Assembly (NCBI GenBank): GCA_049970055.1
Contig: JBMFNR010000002.1
Location: forward strand, 340,406-404,405
Direction of reading: 5' to 3'
Source: Fervidobacterium sp.
GTDB lineage: Bacteria > Thermotogota > Thermotogae > Thermotogales > Fervidobacteriaceae
Length of the DNA: 64,000 nt
How positions within the stretch are numbered: position 1 is the first letter of the stretch; every line of letters begins with the position of its first letter. Shown here in pieces: positions 39,029 to 49,720 of this stretch. The translations under genes were made by a program, and so were the position numbers. The notes beneath the pieces are model-generated. The model was given only the letters and a program-made list of their open reading frames with translations. It did not search any database and was not told the origin of the DNA.

Positions 39029-40393
39029 ATGAGAAAGATAGGTGTCTTATCCATGGTTGTTCTAGCACTCTTTGCGGTACTTTCCTTTGGCATAGTGAAT
39101 GCTGATTACCAAAGCCCCATCGTGAACGTTGTGAAAGCTGCCGCACCTGCTGTTGTCAAAATAGATGTAGTTACACAAACGGAATTATACGTAGATCCTT
39201 TTATCAGAGAATTTTACAAGCAGTTCTTTGGGGATATTCCAAAGCAGTTTGAGGAATCAAATAGTATTGGTTCTGGTTTCATAATTAGTAAAGAAGGATA
39301 CATAGTAACTAATTATCACGTTGTTGATGGCGCGAAGAAGATTACGGTAACTCTTTTGAATGGCGATATCTACGAGGCGCAGTACATTGGTGGCGATCAA
39401 GAGCTTGACATTGCTGTGATAAAGATCTCACCTAAGAAAGATCTACCTACGGTGGAGCTTGGTGACTCTGATAAACTCCAAATTGGAGAATGGGCAATAG
39501 CAATTGGTAACCCACTTGGGTTTCAACACACCGTGACAGTTGGCGTTATCTCAGCAACGGGCAGGAAGATTCCAAAACCGGATGGAAGTGGGTATTACAC
39601 GAATTTGATTCAAACAGACGCAGCTATTAATCCAGGTAACAGTGGAGGACCTCTGCTTAATATATACGGTCAAGTGATCGGAATCAATACGGCAATAATA
39701 AATCCGTCTCAGGCCATGAATATAGGTTTTGCTATACCTATCAATACAGCAAAGAGGTTTATAAACCAGATAATTGCAACAGGTGAGGTTGAAAAAGCGT
39801 ACCTTGGTATCTACGTTCAGACTGTAACTGATTCACTTGCAAAAAGTTTAGGGTTAAAAGTTTCGAAAGGAGTTTACGTTGCACAAGTTGAGAATGGATC
39901 GCCCGCGGAAAAAGCCGGAATAAAAGAAGGCGATGTCATTACAAAGCTTAATGGGAATTATGTTGAAGAAGCCGAAGAATTAACATCACTTGTTAGAAAT
40001 TATACACCTGGGACAAAAATAAAGATAACACTTAACAGAGCCGGTAAGGATATTACGCTCGAAGTTACATTAGGTACTCTACCAAAACAAACATCTGGTG
40101 GTAGTGCATCAGCAAAAGAATTTTTCAATCTTAAAGTTGCAAACATTACGACGGACGATAGGAATACATATAAAATTCCTGTTGGTCTTGAAGGTGTTGT
40201 TGTGAAAGAATCTCAGAATGCTTACATAAAAGTTGGCTCTGTCATTTGGAGGATATCTTTGAATGGTTATACTTACGATATAAAGGATGTGAATTCGTGG
40301 AACAAAGTTGTAGAAAATATCAAGAAGGGAGATTACATAGGTTTATTCTACTACTATAACGGTGTAAAATCGGTATTTTCATTTAGGTATTGA
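39029..40393 (+). CDS. htrA: HtrA/DegP (Do) family serine protease
   Basis: TNYHVV, DIAVIK, DAAINPGNSGGPL; PDZ domains; signal peptide. Confidence 0.96.
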   Translation: MRKIGVLSMVVLALFAVLSFGIVNADYQSPIVNVVKAAAPAVVKIDVVTQTELYVDPFIREFYKQFFGDIPKQFEESNSIGSGFIISKEGYIVTNYHVVDGAKKITVTLLNGDIYEAQYIGGDQELDIAVIKISPKKDLPTVELGDSDKLQIGEWAIAIGNPLGFQHTVTVGVISATGRKIPKPDGSGYYTNLIQTDAAINPGNSGGPLLNIYGQVIGINTAIINPSQAMNIGFAIPINTAKRFINQIIATGEVEKAYLGIYVQTVTDSLAKSLGLKVSKGVYVAQVENGSPAEKAGIKEGDVITKLNGNYVEEAEELTSLVRNYTPGTKIKITLNRAGKDITLEVTLGTLPKQTSGGSASAKEFFNLKVANITTDDRNTYKIPVGLEGVVVKESQNAYIKVGSVIWRISLNGYTYDIKDVNSWNKVVENIKKGDYIGLFYYYNGVKSVFSFRY

Positions 40394-40422
40394 TAGATAA
40401 CAATACACGTAACAACAAGCAC

Positions 40423-40455
40423 AAAAATCCCCGCTATTCAAAGGCGGGGATTTTT
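40423..40455 (+). terminator. Intrinsic terminator after htrA
   Basis: AAAAATCCCCGC-loop-GCGGGGATTTTT. Confidence 0.9.
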
Positions 40456-40507
40456 GATACAATTTTTCTTAGAATTTCTGTTATTCTAAAACATAGGAGG
40501 AAACACA

Positions 40508-41449
40508 ATGAAGTGTAGGAAGTGTTCTAACCATGCGGTAATACACTTAAGAGCTCATAACATTGCTCTGTGCAAAGAACATTTTATCGAGTTCTTTGAA
40601 AAAAGGGTTCAGAAAGCGATAAGCGATTTTAAGATGTTTAAAAAGGAAGACAGAGTGCTCGTTGCGATTTCAAGTGGAAAGGATAGTAGCACCGTTTTGT
40701 ATGCACTGAAAAGACTTGGCTATAATGTCGAAGGTTTATTCTTAAAGATGGGCAGACATACGAATGCTGCCGAGCGTGTTGTTAAAAAACTTGAGGAAAG
40801 TATAGGTGTTCCCATTCATATTCACGATACAACAGTGTATTTCAAAGGACTTGGCACTTCGGAAATTGCGAGTATAGTTCGCAGACCTGTCTGTAGTATA
40901 TGTGGAATTGTTAGAAGGTACTGGATGAATAGGTTTGCAGTCGAACACGGTTACGATGTTCTTGTTACAGGACATAACCTCGACGATGAGGCAACCTTTT
41001 TGTTTGGTAATATCTTAAATTGGCAGGTAGAATATTTTGCAAGACAATGGCCTGTTTTGGAAAGAACGCATGAGAAGTTTGTAAGGAAAGCAAAGCCGTT
41101 GGTATACGTTACTGAAAGAGAGACGTATGCCTACGCGTTTTTGAATAACATACCATTTATGGAGCAAAAATGTCCGTTCGCAAAAGGCGCAACGAGCTCA
41201 AGTTATAAAAAATATCTTAATCTAATAGAATACGAGCAACCTGGTGCAAAACATAGACTGCTCTTTGGTTACTTTGACAATTTAAGAAATAGCGTGTACA
41301 AAGAGCAAAAGGTAGATTTAAAAGCATGTTTTGTATGTGGTTATCCAACAACGGGGGATAAATGTCAGTATTGTAAGCTCGAAGAAAGGGTTAAAAATAC
41401 TCTTGAAAATAAAGGGGAGAAGGTTCAGATTGATGACAGGGAAGGATAA
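40508..41449 (+). CDS. ttuA: tRNA 2-thiolation protein TtuA (TIGR00269)
   Basis: N-terminal CxxC..CxxH and C-terminal CxxC..CxxC Zn fingers, PP-loop SSGKDS, CSIC, GHNLDD. Confidence 0.88.
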   Translation: MKCRKCSNHAVIHLRAHNIALCKEHFIEFFEKRVQKAISDFKMFKKEDRVLVAISSGKDSSTVLYALKRLGYNVEGLFLKMGRHTNAAERVVKKLEESIGVPIHIHDTTVYFKGLGTSEIASIVRRPVCSICGIVRRYWMNRFAVEHGYDVLVTGHNLDDEATFLFGNILNWQVEYFARQWPVLERTHEKFVRKAKPLVYVTERETYAYAFLNNIPFMEQKCPFAKGATSSSYKKYLNLIEYEQPGAKHRLLFGYFDNLRNSVYKEQKVDLKACFVCGYPTTGDKCQYCKLEERVKNTLENKGEKVQIDDREG

Positions 41450-42554
41450 ATTCAAAGGAGTAAAGATAAGAGAGAATGAATATTCATTTGGAGATTACCT
41501 GATAATTGGTTTCGTAGTATCCTTAATGGTCATAGGTATTCTAACACTCAGAAGTGTTGTCTTAGGTACATCACAAGAGTATCGATACACTAGACAAATT
41601 ATTTGGGACATCGTTGCTATTGCTGTTATGTTGTACGTAATGTTTGAAAAGGAATCGAGGATTAAGGCGTACAGTAAATATATCTATGCGATAGCAGTTA
41701 TTCTATTAATTGTTGTTTTACCCGTCGGTAAAACTGTTTATGGTGCAAGAAGATGGATAGATATTGGGCCGTTTGATCTGCAACCTTCGGAAGTCTTCAA
41801 GTTTTCCGTTGTACTTGTATTGGCTAACATTTTTTCAAAAATTAAGTCAAATGTAGTATTCTTCTACTCTCTTTTAATTATATTACCAGCAGGATTAATT
41901 TTTATGGAACCTGATTTAGGTATGACATTGATGATTATATTTATATGGTTTTCCATGCTTATAGCAAGTGAAGTTGATAGGAAGTACATTTATGGTCTTA
42001 TTGGAATTGGAATAACACTTGCTCCTGTAATATTCTTTTTTATCCTTAAAGATTACCAACGGGCACGCATACTATCGCTTTTTAACCCAGAAGAGCATTT
42101 TCAGTACGGTGCGTATAACACTGTAATGTCAAAAACAGTTATTGCAAATGGTGCAATTTTTGGCACGGGTTATGGCCTTGGGATGGGTACTAATATGCAC
42201 ATAGTTCCTATGCAGCATACAGATTTCATATTCTCTGCATTTGCCGAACAATTTGGAATGCTTGGTTCTGTAATTTTGATTTTGATTTATGGTACAATAG
42301 TGCTGATAGGATTGTCAAGAATTGGGAAATACAAAGATGACTTTTGGGAATTTACTGTTATTGGAGCTTCTTCTATCATCGTTTTCCACGTTACTGAGAA
42401 TATTGGAATGAACATTGGTATATTGCCAGTGACAGGGATACCACTGCCATTTATAAGTTATGGAGGAACATCAACAATTACATTTGGAGCGATAATTGGA
42501 TTGATAATTAAGGCAAGGCTTGTTTCAAAGCTTCCACGTCCTATAGTTATATGA
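41433..42554 (+). CDS. rodA: SEDS family peptidoglycan glycosyltransferase RodA
   Basis: GARRW, QPSE, EPDLG, YQRAR, HTDFIF, GIPLPFISYGG. Confidence 0.92.
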   Translation: MTGKDKFKGVKIRENEYSFGDYLIIGFVVSLMVIGILTLRSVVLGTSQEYRYTRQIIWDIVAIAVMLYVMFEKESRIKAYSKYIYAIAVILLIVVLPVGKTVYGARRWIDIGPFDLQPSEVFKFSVVLVLANIFSKIKSNVVFFYSLLIILPAGLIFMEPDLGMTLMIIFIWFSMLIASEVDRKYIYGLIGIGITLAPVIFFFILKDYQRARILSLFNPEEHFQYGAYNTVMSKTVIANGAIFGTGYGLGMGTNMHIVPMQHTDFIFSAFAEQFGMLGSVILILIYGTIVLIGLSRIGKYKDDFWEFTVIGASSIIVFHVTENIGMNIGILPVTGIPLPFISYGGTSTITFGAIIGLIIKARLVSKLPRPIVI

Positions 42555-42599
42555 TCATAGGTTTATTTGAAAAAAGCAAATTAAAAAGGTGGTGAATAT

Positions 42600-43238
42600 A
42601 TGCCGGTTATTAGAAGGAAGAAATCAAGCTTAGCTCCAACTTTTGTTGGCACTTTTTTGATAGTGATTATGATTGTTAGTTTAGTGCTCTCAATCGGCAA
42701 TTTCATAAGGTACCGTGAAATACTTCAAAAATACGAAGAGATGAAGAAGTACATTGATAAAAAAGTTTCAGAAGTTAACGAACAACTGGACCAAACGAAA
42801 ACATTGATAGGTCCTAATTCCGTTATTGACAAATATATATCGGCTGCAACACAACTAAGAGACTTTGGATATGATTTTGAGAAGATACTTAGCAATATAT
42901 ACGATGATCCCACGACAGGATACTTTATGATCTTTGTTGCAGGAAATGAATCAGTGTGGGTTAACATCAAAGATAAAGACCAGAACTATTTTTCAGGGGA
43001 ATTAAAACCGGGGCTTGCAAACTATAAATTTTTTTACTTCAAAGAACCAAGGATAAAAACTAACTACGACATAATCATAACACCAGAAGTGACAATAAAT
43101 GTAGGTAAAACAGGACGTGTTTACCTTTTATTTTACGGCGTTGGTGTAAAGTTTCATCCGACGAAAATTGTTCAACTTACCGATGTAAGATATGAGAACA
43201 TAGCTGAAAAATTTTCTTTATACATACCTGGTAGATGA
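42600..43238 (+). CDS. Single-pass protein with RodZ C-terminal (DUF4115)-like domain
   Basis: Basic N-terminus, TM, coiled coil, then AGNESVWVNIKD..YFSGELKPG..INVGKTGRV pattern. Confidence 0.6.
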   Translation: MPVIRRKKSSLAPTFVGTFLIVIMIVSLVLSIGNFIRYREILQKYEEMKKYIDKKVSEVNEQLDQTKTLIGPNSVIDKYISAATQLRDFGYDFEKILSNIYDDPTTGYFMIFVAGNESVWVNIKDKDQNYFSGELKPGLANYKFFYFKEPRIKTNYDIIITPEVTINVGKTGRVYLLFYGVGVKFHPTKIVQLTDVRYENIAEKFSLYIPGR

Positions 43239-43269
43239 CGGAAAAACTGAGCAAAATTTTAACTGCAGT

Positions 43270-44898
43270 TCACTTAATGCTACCTTCGGATGGTTCCGCA
43301 GATTCCATATTTTGTAACAAGTCGATATTTTTCCCACTACTTTTTGCTTTGTAGAGCAATTCATCGGCGCGTTTCAGTACACTTATTCCTTCATCGTCGT
43401 CAGATTTATCTATAAGTGTAACACCCGCAGAGAAACTTATCTTGAATGGTTCGTGTAATTTGTTGTTTATTTGTTCAAGTTCTTTTCTCATTCTTTCCAG
43501 TATCTTTTTTGCCCCTAACAAATTTGTTTGAGGAAGGATTATAACAAACTCATCGCCACCAAATCTGGCACACACATCTGTACCTCTTGTGTTTGAAATC
43601 ATAACATGGGCAAGTGATTTTATCGCTATGTCCCCCTTATCATGCCCATATTTATCGTTTATGGACTTTAAGCCATCAAGATCAATCATCACCACGGTTG
43701 ATTCTGTTGAGTACCTTTTTACCCTTCTTATTTCGTTTCTTAACGAGAGCATAAAGTATCTTCTGTTATACAATCCAGTCAGCGGATCTTTGAATGAAGC
43801 TTCTTCGAGCTTTTGTATGTAGTAAATTCTGTCGATGTAAGAGAAAAGTATGTTTAGAATATTCTCGAGACATCTTTCAGTCGCGAGCTTTGGAAGTTTA
43901 TCGTACATAAGTGTAAGAGATATGATTCGATCATCTATTTTTCTTTTGTGCTCTACTTTTTGTAGTGTGCTTTCTTCACTGATATTCAAGTTATCAACGA
44001 ACAAAATGCTGAACTGCCCGTTGTGAGAAGTTAATTCAGCTTTGGCGTATTTAATGTTACATTTTTCTGAAAGTATGTTCCCAATTTTAGCTGCTGACAT
44101 CTGATAGTTAGATTCTGAGAACGTATTCAGAAGCTTTATAATTATTTCCTCTTCGAAATCTCTTTTCCGATTTTTCGTAACGTCCACACCTACACTTATG
44201 GCTCCATAAGACTTGCCGTCCTGTACAAGTAGCTTGTTTTCCCACAGCACTATAATTGAATTACCTGACATTGTCAAAATCTCGTTTTCATAGGTTTGTA
44301 CCAACTCAACTTTGCCTTCCATTATCAATTTAAAAACGTTTTTGAGATTTTCTTTTATTTCATCCGGGATAAAAATATCAAACCAATTTCTTCCCAGTAC
44401 TTCGGTGAGCTTGTAGCCTGTTTTTTCAAGAGCCCATGCATTTATGTACTCTATATTACCATGCTGATTTAATACCACAAAAAAAACGGGGGCAAACTCA
44501 AGGTACATACTTAGCGTTTCGATTTTTTGGCTCAGGTATTCATCAATGAGTAGCTTTTGTGTTAAAACCTCTCCGATAATAAAGAAAGCTTCATTTTTTT
44601 CATCTGTTTTTTCATCCGTCATGGGTATAATCGTTAAAGAAAATTTTTCATGTGACTTGGTTTCAAATATTTCACTTATAGCCTTATCTTCACTTCTAGC
44701 TTGGTCAAAAAAGTCTTTTAAATTTTCTATAACATCAAATAAGTTATTTTTTTCGTGAAAAAGTTCTGGAAGATTAGGTGAGTGCTCCAAAATCTCCCCA
44801 CGTCCATTGCAAATCATAAGGAAAATGCTTGTGTCTATTAGTTTGCTTAACGTTTTACTGAATATCTTGCCTGATGTTTCGCCCATTTGATTTGACAT
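43270..44898 (-). CDS. PAS-domain diguanylate cyclase
   Basis: PAS (IEYIN..TGYKLTEVLGRNW), DPLTGLYNRR, RFGGDEF, RxxD I-site. Confidence 0.95.
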   Translation of the reverse strand: MSNQMGETSGKIFSKTLSKLIDTSIFLMICNGRGEILEHSPNLPELFHEKNNLFDVIENLKDFFDQARSEDKAISEIFETKSHEKFSLTIIPMTDEKTDEKNEAFFIIGEVLTQKLLIDEYLSQKIETLSMYLEFAPVFFVVLNQHGNIEYINAWALEKTGYKLTEVLGRNWFDIFIPDEIKENLKNVFKLIMEGKVELVQTYENEILTMSGNSIIVLWENKLLVQDGKSYGAISVGVDVTKNRKRDFEEEIIIKLLNTFSESNYQMSAAKIGNILSEKCNIKYAKAELTSHNGQFSILFVDNLNISEESTLQKVEHKRKIDDRIISLTLMYDKLPKLATERCLENILNILFSYIDRIYYIQKLEEASFKDPLTGLYNRRYFMLSLRNEIRRVKRYSTESTVVMIDLDGLKSINDKYGHDKGDIAIKSLAHVMISNTRGTDVCARFGGDEFVIILPQTNLLGAKKILERMRKELEQINNKLHEPFKISFSAGVTLIDKSDDDEGISVLKRADELLYKAKSSGKNIDLLQNMESAEPSEGSIK

Positions 44899-45040
44899 AC
44901 TTTTGTCCCCTTTATCTATTTTGTTTTATAGATATTATACCATCATTTTTTCAAATTATGGTATAATTTAGATGAAAAAAACTTCAAATACATGTTCAAA
45001 AACGCTTTCAAATACTTTTGCTTTTGGAGGTGGCTTTTAC

Positions 45041-46348
45041 GTGGAGGATCCACTAAGTTATCTGTGGAATATTTTAGTCGTTGTGCTGCTTATCATATTC
45101 TCGGCATTCTTTTCTGCTTCTGAAACGGCACTAACATCGGTTAGTCGTCATAAACTTAGAAACCTTGCCAAAAGTAAGCAAGAAGATGAAGAAAAAAGTG
45201 AACTACATGTTTTTAATAAGATTTTAACGGCTCTTTTAATCTCTAACAATTTAGTTAATATCTTGGCATCGTCCATCGCAGCGGTCATGTTTTCACAATT
45301 AATTAGAAACGAATCTTTAGCTGCTGTAATATCAACTATTGTGATGACGTTTTTACTACTTGTTTTTGGAGAAATTACACCAAAGATCCTTTCAAGGCAA
45401 AATAGTGAAATGTTTTTTGAAAAGAGCATGAAAGTAGTTGTTCCACTCTCTGGTTTGCTTTCACCGTTTGTAAAATTTTTCATAAGTATATCGAATTTTG
45501 TAGTAAAAGCTTTTGGTGGGCAGACGGTTTCAGATGCACCATTCATAACTATGGATGACATAGCTTCCTACCTTGAGATTGGGCGGGAGGAAGGTTCTAT
45601 AGATCATGAAGAAGGACTAATGATAGAACGTACAATAGCAATGGATGAAACACTTGTTAAAGAGATTATGATACCAAGAATTGATATCGTTGCTGTAGAA
45701 GAAACACAGACGTTGGATGAGGTCGTAAAAGTTATAATAGAAGAGGAGTACTCGAGAATACCCGTTTACAGGGAAACTATTGATAACATAGTTGGCATAT
45801 GTTATGCAAAAGACATACTTTCATTCATCGCACAAAGAGGTACGCAGGTCATGGAAAAAATTAGAGTTAAAGAACTTATGAGAGTACCTTTGTTTGTTCC
45901 CGAAGTTATGCCTGTTTCTGAATTACTTAAAGAATTCAAAACGAAAAAGGTGCATATGGCCATTGTTGTCGATGAGTACGGCGGGACTGCTGGTATAGTT
46001 ACTATGGAAGATATACTTGAGGAGATATTTGGTGAAATAATGGACGAATACGACGAAAATGAGAATACGGGTATAAAAAAATTAGATGAAAATACCTATC
46101 TTGCTGATGCAACACTTTCTTTAAATGATATAGAAAGAGAACTTAGAATAGAATTTCCGGAAGGGGAGTTTGAAACTCTTTCTGGTTATTTACTAGATAA
46201 GTTTCACCATATTCCAAAAGTTGGCGAATTATACGAAGAAAATGGTATAACTTACAAAGTAGTTGCAGCCTCACGAAACAGAATAGAAAAGGTTCTTATA
46301 AAAATCCAAAGGGAGGAAAAAAACAATGGATCAAAGCAAAATAGTTGA
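45041..46348 (+). CDS. CNNM/HlyC-CorC family transporter (DUF21 + CBS + CorC)
   Basis: FFSASETA, FGEITPK, YSRIPV, VVDEYGG, EDILEEIFGEI; GTG start. Confidence 0.95.
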   Translation: MEDPLSYLWNILVVVLLIIFSAFFSASETALTSVSRHKLRNLAKSKQEDEEKSELHVFNKILTALLISNNLVNILASSIAAVMFSQLIRNESLAAVISTIVMTFLLLVFGEITPKILSRQNSEMFFEKSMKVVVPLSGLLSPFVKFFISISNFVVKAFGGQTVSDAPFITMDDIASYLEIGREEGSIDHEEGLMIERTIAMDETLVKEIMIPRIDIVAVEETQTLDEVVKVIIEEEYSRIPVYRETIDNIVGICYAKDILSFIAQRGTQVMEKIRVKELMRVPLFVPEVMPVSELLKEFKTKKVHMAIVVDEYGGTAGIVTMEDILEEIFGEIMDEYDENENTGIKKLDENTYLADATLSLNDIERELRIEFPEGEFETLSGYLLDKFHHIPKVGELYEENGITYKVVAASRNRIEKVLIKIQREEKNNGSKQNS

Positions 46349-46742
46349 ATTAATAGAACTCGCAAAGAAGGCTCGCGAAAATGCATACGCCCCATATTCA
46401 CATTTTAAAGTAGGTGCAGTACTTGTAACAAAGGATGGAAGTATCTTTACTGGAGTAAACGTAGAGAACGCTTCTTACGGCTTAACAAATTGCGCGGAAC
46501 GCACCGCCATTTTCAAAGCAGTATCGGAAGGTCATACGAAGTTCGATACACTTATTGTTATAGCTGATACAGAAAAGCCGGTGTCTCCGTGTGGGGCATG
46601 TAGGCAAGTTATGGCGGAATTTGGTGATTTCAAAGTTATACTTGCCAATACAAAAGGTGATTGGATAGAAACAAGTGTGAGTCAGCTTTTACCCTATAAC
46701 TTCGATAAAAAAGATCTCGATAAGGAACTCGAAAAAGAGTAA
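46326..46742 (+). CDS. cdd: Cytidine deaminase
   Basis: NVENASY, CAE, SPCGACRQ. Confidence 0.97.
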   Translation: MDQSKIVELIELAKKARENAYAPYSHFKVGAVLVTKDGSIFTGVNVENASYGLTNCAERTAIFKAVSEGHTKFDTLIVIADTEKPVSPCGACRQVMAEFGDFKVILANTKGDWIETSVSQLLPYNFDKKDLDKELEKE

Positions 46743-46788
46743 AAAAGGTTGAAAAAATAAAAAGTGTCTATCTTGAGGGGTGTCCTAA

Positions 46789-48306
46789 TTGATTGAATTA
46801 CTACACATAAACGAATATGTTTATCTAAAGAATGTAGACATGTACTTTTGTGAAGGTTTAAACGTCATATCAGGTGAAACAGGTACAGGTAAAAGTCTGA
46901 TCTTGGATATAATAGGTGCATTTTTGAACTACAGCTCTATAAGAAGTGATGTGTTTTCGGCTGATATGGTAGTTAATTTGCCATCAGATTATACAGAAAT
47001 TGGTATAATCCGAGGGCAGCATATATTTAGTGTAGATAAAAAAGGCAGAAGGATTTTCTATAAAATGGATGGTAAGCTGGTTACAAAAGATATTGTTCAG
47101 AGTGTAATTTCCAATATTATTTCCATACATAAGCAAAATTCTCATATGAAACTTCTCGAAAAAGCATTCATTTTAAAGATGCTTGATAATGTGGCAGATA
47201 ACGGTGAAAGATTAAATATATATAAAGAGATTTACAAACGCTACCGAAATATTCTCAATCTTATTTCCACTACCGACAAGAAAAAACTGGAAGAAGAAAT
47301 CGAAGAACTCAAAGGCAAAATCACTGAAGTAGAGGTCGCAAATTTATCTGTTCAAGAAGAACAAGAATTAGAGGAAGAGTACAAAAGAGCATCAAATGTA
47401 AAATCTCTTATCCAAAATTACAACGATGCGTACCAAAAGATTGATGAAGTAAATTACATACTCAGAAGGATTTACGCGTTAATTGAAGATAAATACCATG
47501 AATTACTTGACAAATCGATTGAGTCACTTGCAGAACTTGGAAATAAGATATCAAGAGAACTTTTAAATCTAGATGAGGTAGATTTAGAGGATGTAGAAAG
47601 CAGACTCTGGATTTACAAAAAATTGCGAAGAAAATACGGGCCAACGACTGAAGATGTGTTAAATAATTTGGAAAGTTGGAAACAGGAACTAAATGAAAAA
47701 CAGGAACTTCTAAGAATTTTGAATAATGCTGAAAGAGAGCAAAAGTCGATTGAAGCACAACTTTACGAACTGGCAAAAGTTATCAGCTCGGAGCGAAAAA
47801 AAGCAGCTAACAAGATTATTAAAGCAGTTTCACATCATCTTGCAGATTTGAACATGAATGCGAGAATTGATTTTTCTTTCATGCAAAAAGATATTGCAGA
47901 AGATGGTATTGATGATGTGGAATTGGTTGGTAGCACTTTGAGCACAGGTCCACTCTACCCACTGAGAAAGATAGCTTCAGGCGGAGAGTTATCAAGACTG
48001 ATGCTTTCATTAGAGCTCTCAACTATAAGCACTACTGTTCTTGTGTACGATGAAATTGATGCCGGTATAGGTGGAATTACTGCCGTGAAACTAGCCGAAA
48101 AACTGGAAAATCTTGCTCAAAATCATCAGATCATAGTGGTCACACATCTGCCTCAGATAGCTTTAAAAGCCCACAAGCACTTTGCACTTTTAAGAGACGG
48201 GGACACGGGCATTGTAAAGGAACTAAGTGGAAAAGAACGTGAAGAAGAGATCAAGCGAATGTTTGGTGGTGAAGATGTCGTTGAAATAATAAAGAAAACT
48301 AACTAA
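46789..48306 (+). CDS. recN: DNA repair protein RecN
   Basis: GETGTGKS, coiled coil, ASGGELSR, DEIDAGIGG, THLPQ. Confidence 0.92.
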   Translation: MIELLHINEYVYLKNVDMYFCEGLNVISGETGTGKSLILDIIGAFLNYSSIRSDVFSADMVVNLPSDYTEIGIIRGQHIFSVDKKGRRIFYKMDGKLVTKDIVQSVISNIISIHKQNSHMKLLEKAFILKMLDNVADNGERLNIYKEIYKRYRNILNLISTTDKKKLEEEIEELKGKITEVEVANLSVQEEQELEEEYKRASNVKSLIQNYNDAYQKIDEVNYILRRIYALIEDKYHELLDKSIESLAELGNKISRELLNLDEVDLEDVESRLWIYKKLRRKYGPTTEDVLNNLESWKQELNEKQELLRILNNAEREQKSIEAQLYELAKVISSERKKAANKIIKAVSHHLADLNMNARIDFSFMQKDIAEDGIDDVELVGSTLSTGPLYPLRKIASGGELSRLMLSLELSTISTTVLVYDEIDAGIGGITAVKLAEKLENLAQNHQIIVVTHLPQIALKAHKHFALLRDGDTGIVKELSGKEREEEIKRMFGGEDVVEIIKKTN

Positions 48307-48331
48307 ATACCGCATAAAGTTGAAATAGTCG

Positions 48332-49720
48332 GTGGGTGATATTTTGTCCGATAAACTTTGTCTACTGACAAAAAATCCAGAGATTACAATCGAGCTCCAA
48401 GAACTATTATCGTTTGTTGGTTATGAAATACTTGAGTTCAATACAATCAATTCACTTTTCGATTCGCTATACGACAGCCAGAAATTCGATGACATTCAAT
48501 TAATCTTAGTCTACTCTCCCAATGTGAAAGAGAGTTTTTCGTGGATACGAACTTTGAAAACAGATGTTAATTTTAAGAGCATTCCAGTGATTTTAGTTAG
48601 TGAAAAAAAAGAGTACAACATAATTTTGGACGCTTACCAACTCGGTATTTCAGATTTTATAGAGCTTCCAATAATAGATGTTGAACTCATCTCAAAAGTA
48701 GCGCTACATATCGAACTGAAGAAAAGCAGAGAAAAAGTAGAAAATCTTTATTTGGAATTGAAAGAGAGTCTTAATTTAGCAACAAAGCTTCAAAAATTAA
48801 CGCTACCTTCTGAGATTTTTGCCGCAAATAAGTTTTGGTTTACGTCTCAGTACTTACCATTCCAGGTCGTTGGAGGAGATATATACGATTATTTTGACAT
48901 TGATGGTATAATATTTGGATACATCGCAGATATCTCTGGGCACGGTGTGCAATCCGCTCTTTTGTGTTCTGCGGTAAAATCTCTTGTTCGATCATTGGCT
49001 GCCAGAGGATTATCTGTTGTTGATGTCGTCAATGGACTTTACGAAGGTATAAGAACTTCACTAGCTAATAATTACTTGACAGGAATATTCTTTAAAATTT
49101 TTCCAGATGCAAATTTTGAGTACATAAATTGTGGTCACCCAAACATAATTACGTACGATGGTGCAAATTTTGAAATGATGGAGCTAAAAAACACATTTCC
49201 AATTGGATTGTTTGAATATACATACAGTCAAGAAGAAATGGGAAGATTTTTCATTGAAGATGGCAAAGTCTACATATTCTATTCGGATGGATTGTATTCT
49301 GTATTTGAAAAACTTTACCCATGGGAAAACTCGCACAAGTTGTTACTTAAGTTCCTAAAAGAACGAATTTCCGGGGTGCCCGGAGAAATACTTCCATTTT
49401 ACTTGGAGCAGAATTTTCACAAATTATATGGTGACATACCAGATGATTACTCGGTCATCTGCCTTGGAAAAAGTGATGAATATTGTCTGTTTGAAAAAAA
49501 TAAGAGGATTGTTCACACAAACGACGAGAAAATCATAAATTTACTTGAGAAACTTGAGCATTCTCAAATGTCCGATGAATATATTATATTCTCTAATATT
49601 CACAACAAAGATTTTGTGATACTTACAAAGTTTATTGAAACTGGATATATTCTCCGTTCTCTTCCGATGAGCATATCTCTTTCATTTGGTGATATCTCAA
49701 GTATAAGAGTTTTCAAATAA
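48332..49720 (+). CDS. Receiver-like domain fused to SpoIIE/PP2C phosphatase
   Basis: GGDIYD, ADISGHG, NCGHP, YSDGL, DDYS; N-terminal REC-like fold (IPVILVS). Confidence 0.9.
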   Translation: MGDILSDKLCLLTKNPEITIELQELLSFVGYEILEFNTINSLFDSLYDSQKFDDIQLILVYSPNVKESFSWIRTLKTDVNFKSIPVILVSEKKEYNIILDAYQLGISDFIELPIIDVELISKVALHIELKKSREKVENLYLELKESLNLATKLQKLTLPSEIFAANKFWFTSQYLPFQVVGGDIYDYFDIDGIIFGYIADISGHGVQSALLCSAVKSLVRSLAARGLSVVDVVNGLYEGIRTSLANNYLTGIFFKIFPDANFEYINCGHPNIITYDGANFEMMELKNTFPIGLFEYTYSQEEMGRFFIEDGKVYIFYSDGLYSVFEKLYPWENSHKLLLKFLKERISGVPGEILPFYLEQNFHKLYGDIPDDYSVICLGKSDEYCLFEKNKRIVHTNDEKIINLLEKLEHSQMSDEYIIFSNIHNKDFVILTKFIETGYILRSLPMSISLSFGDISSIRVFK

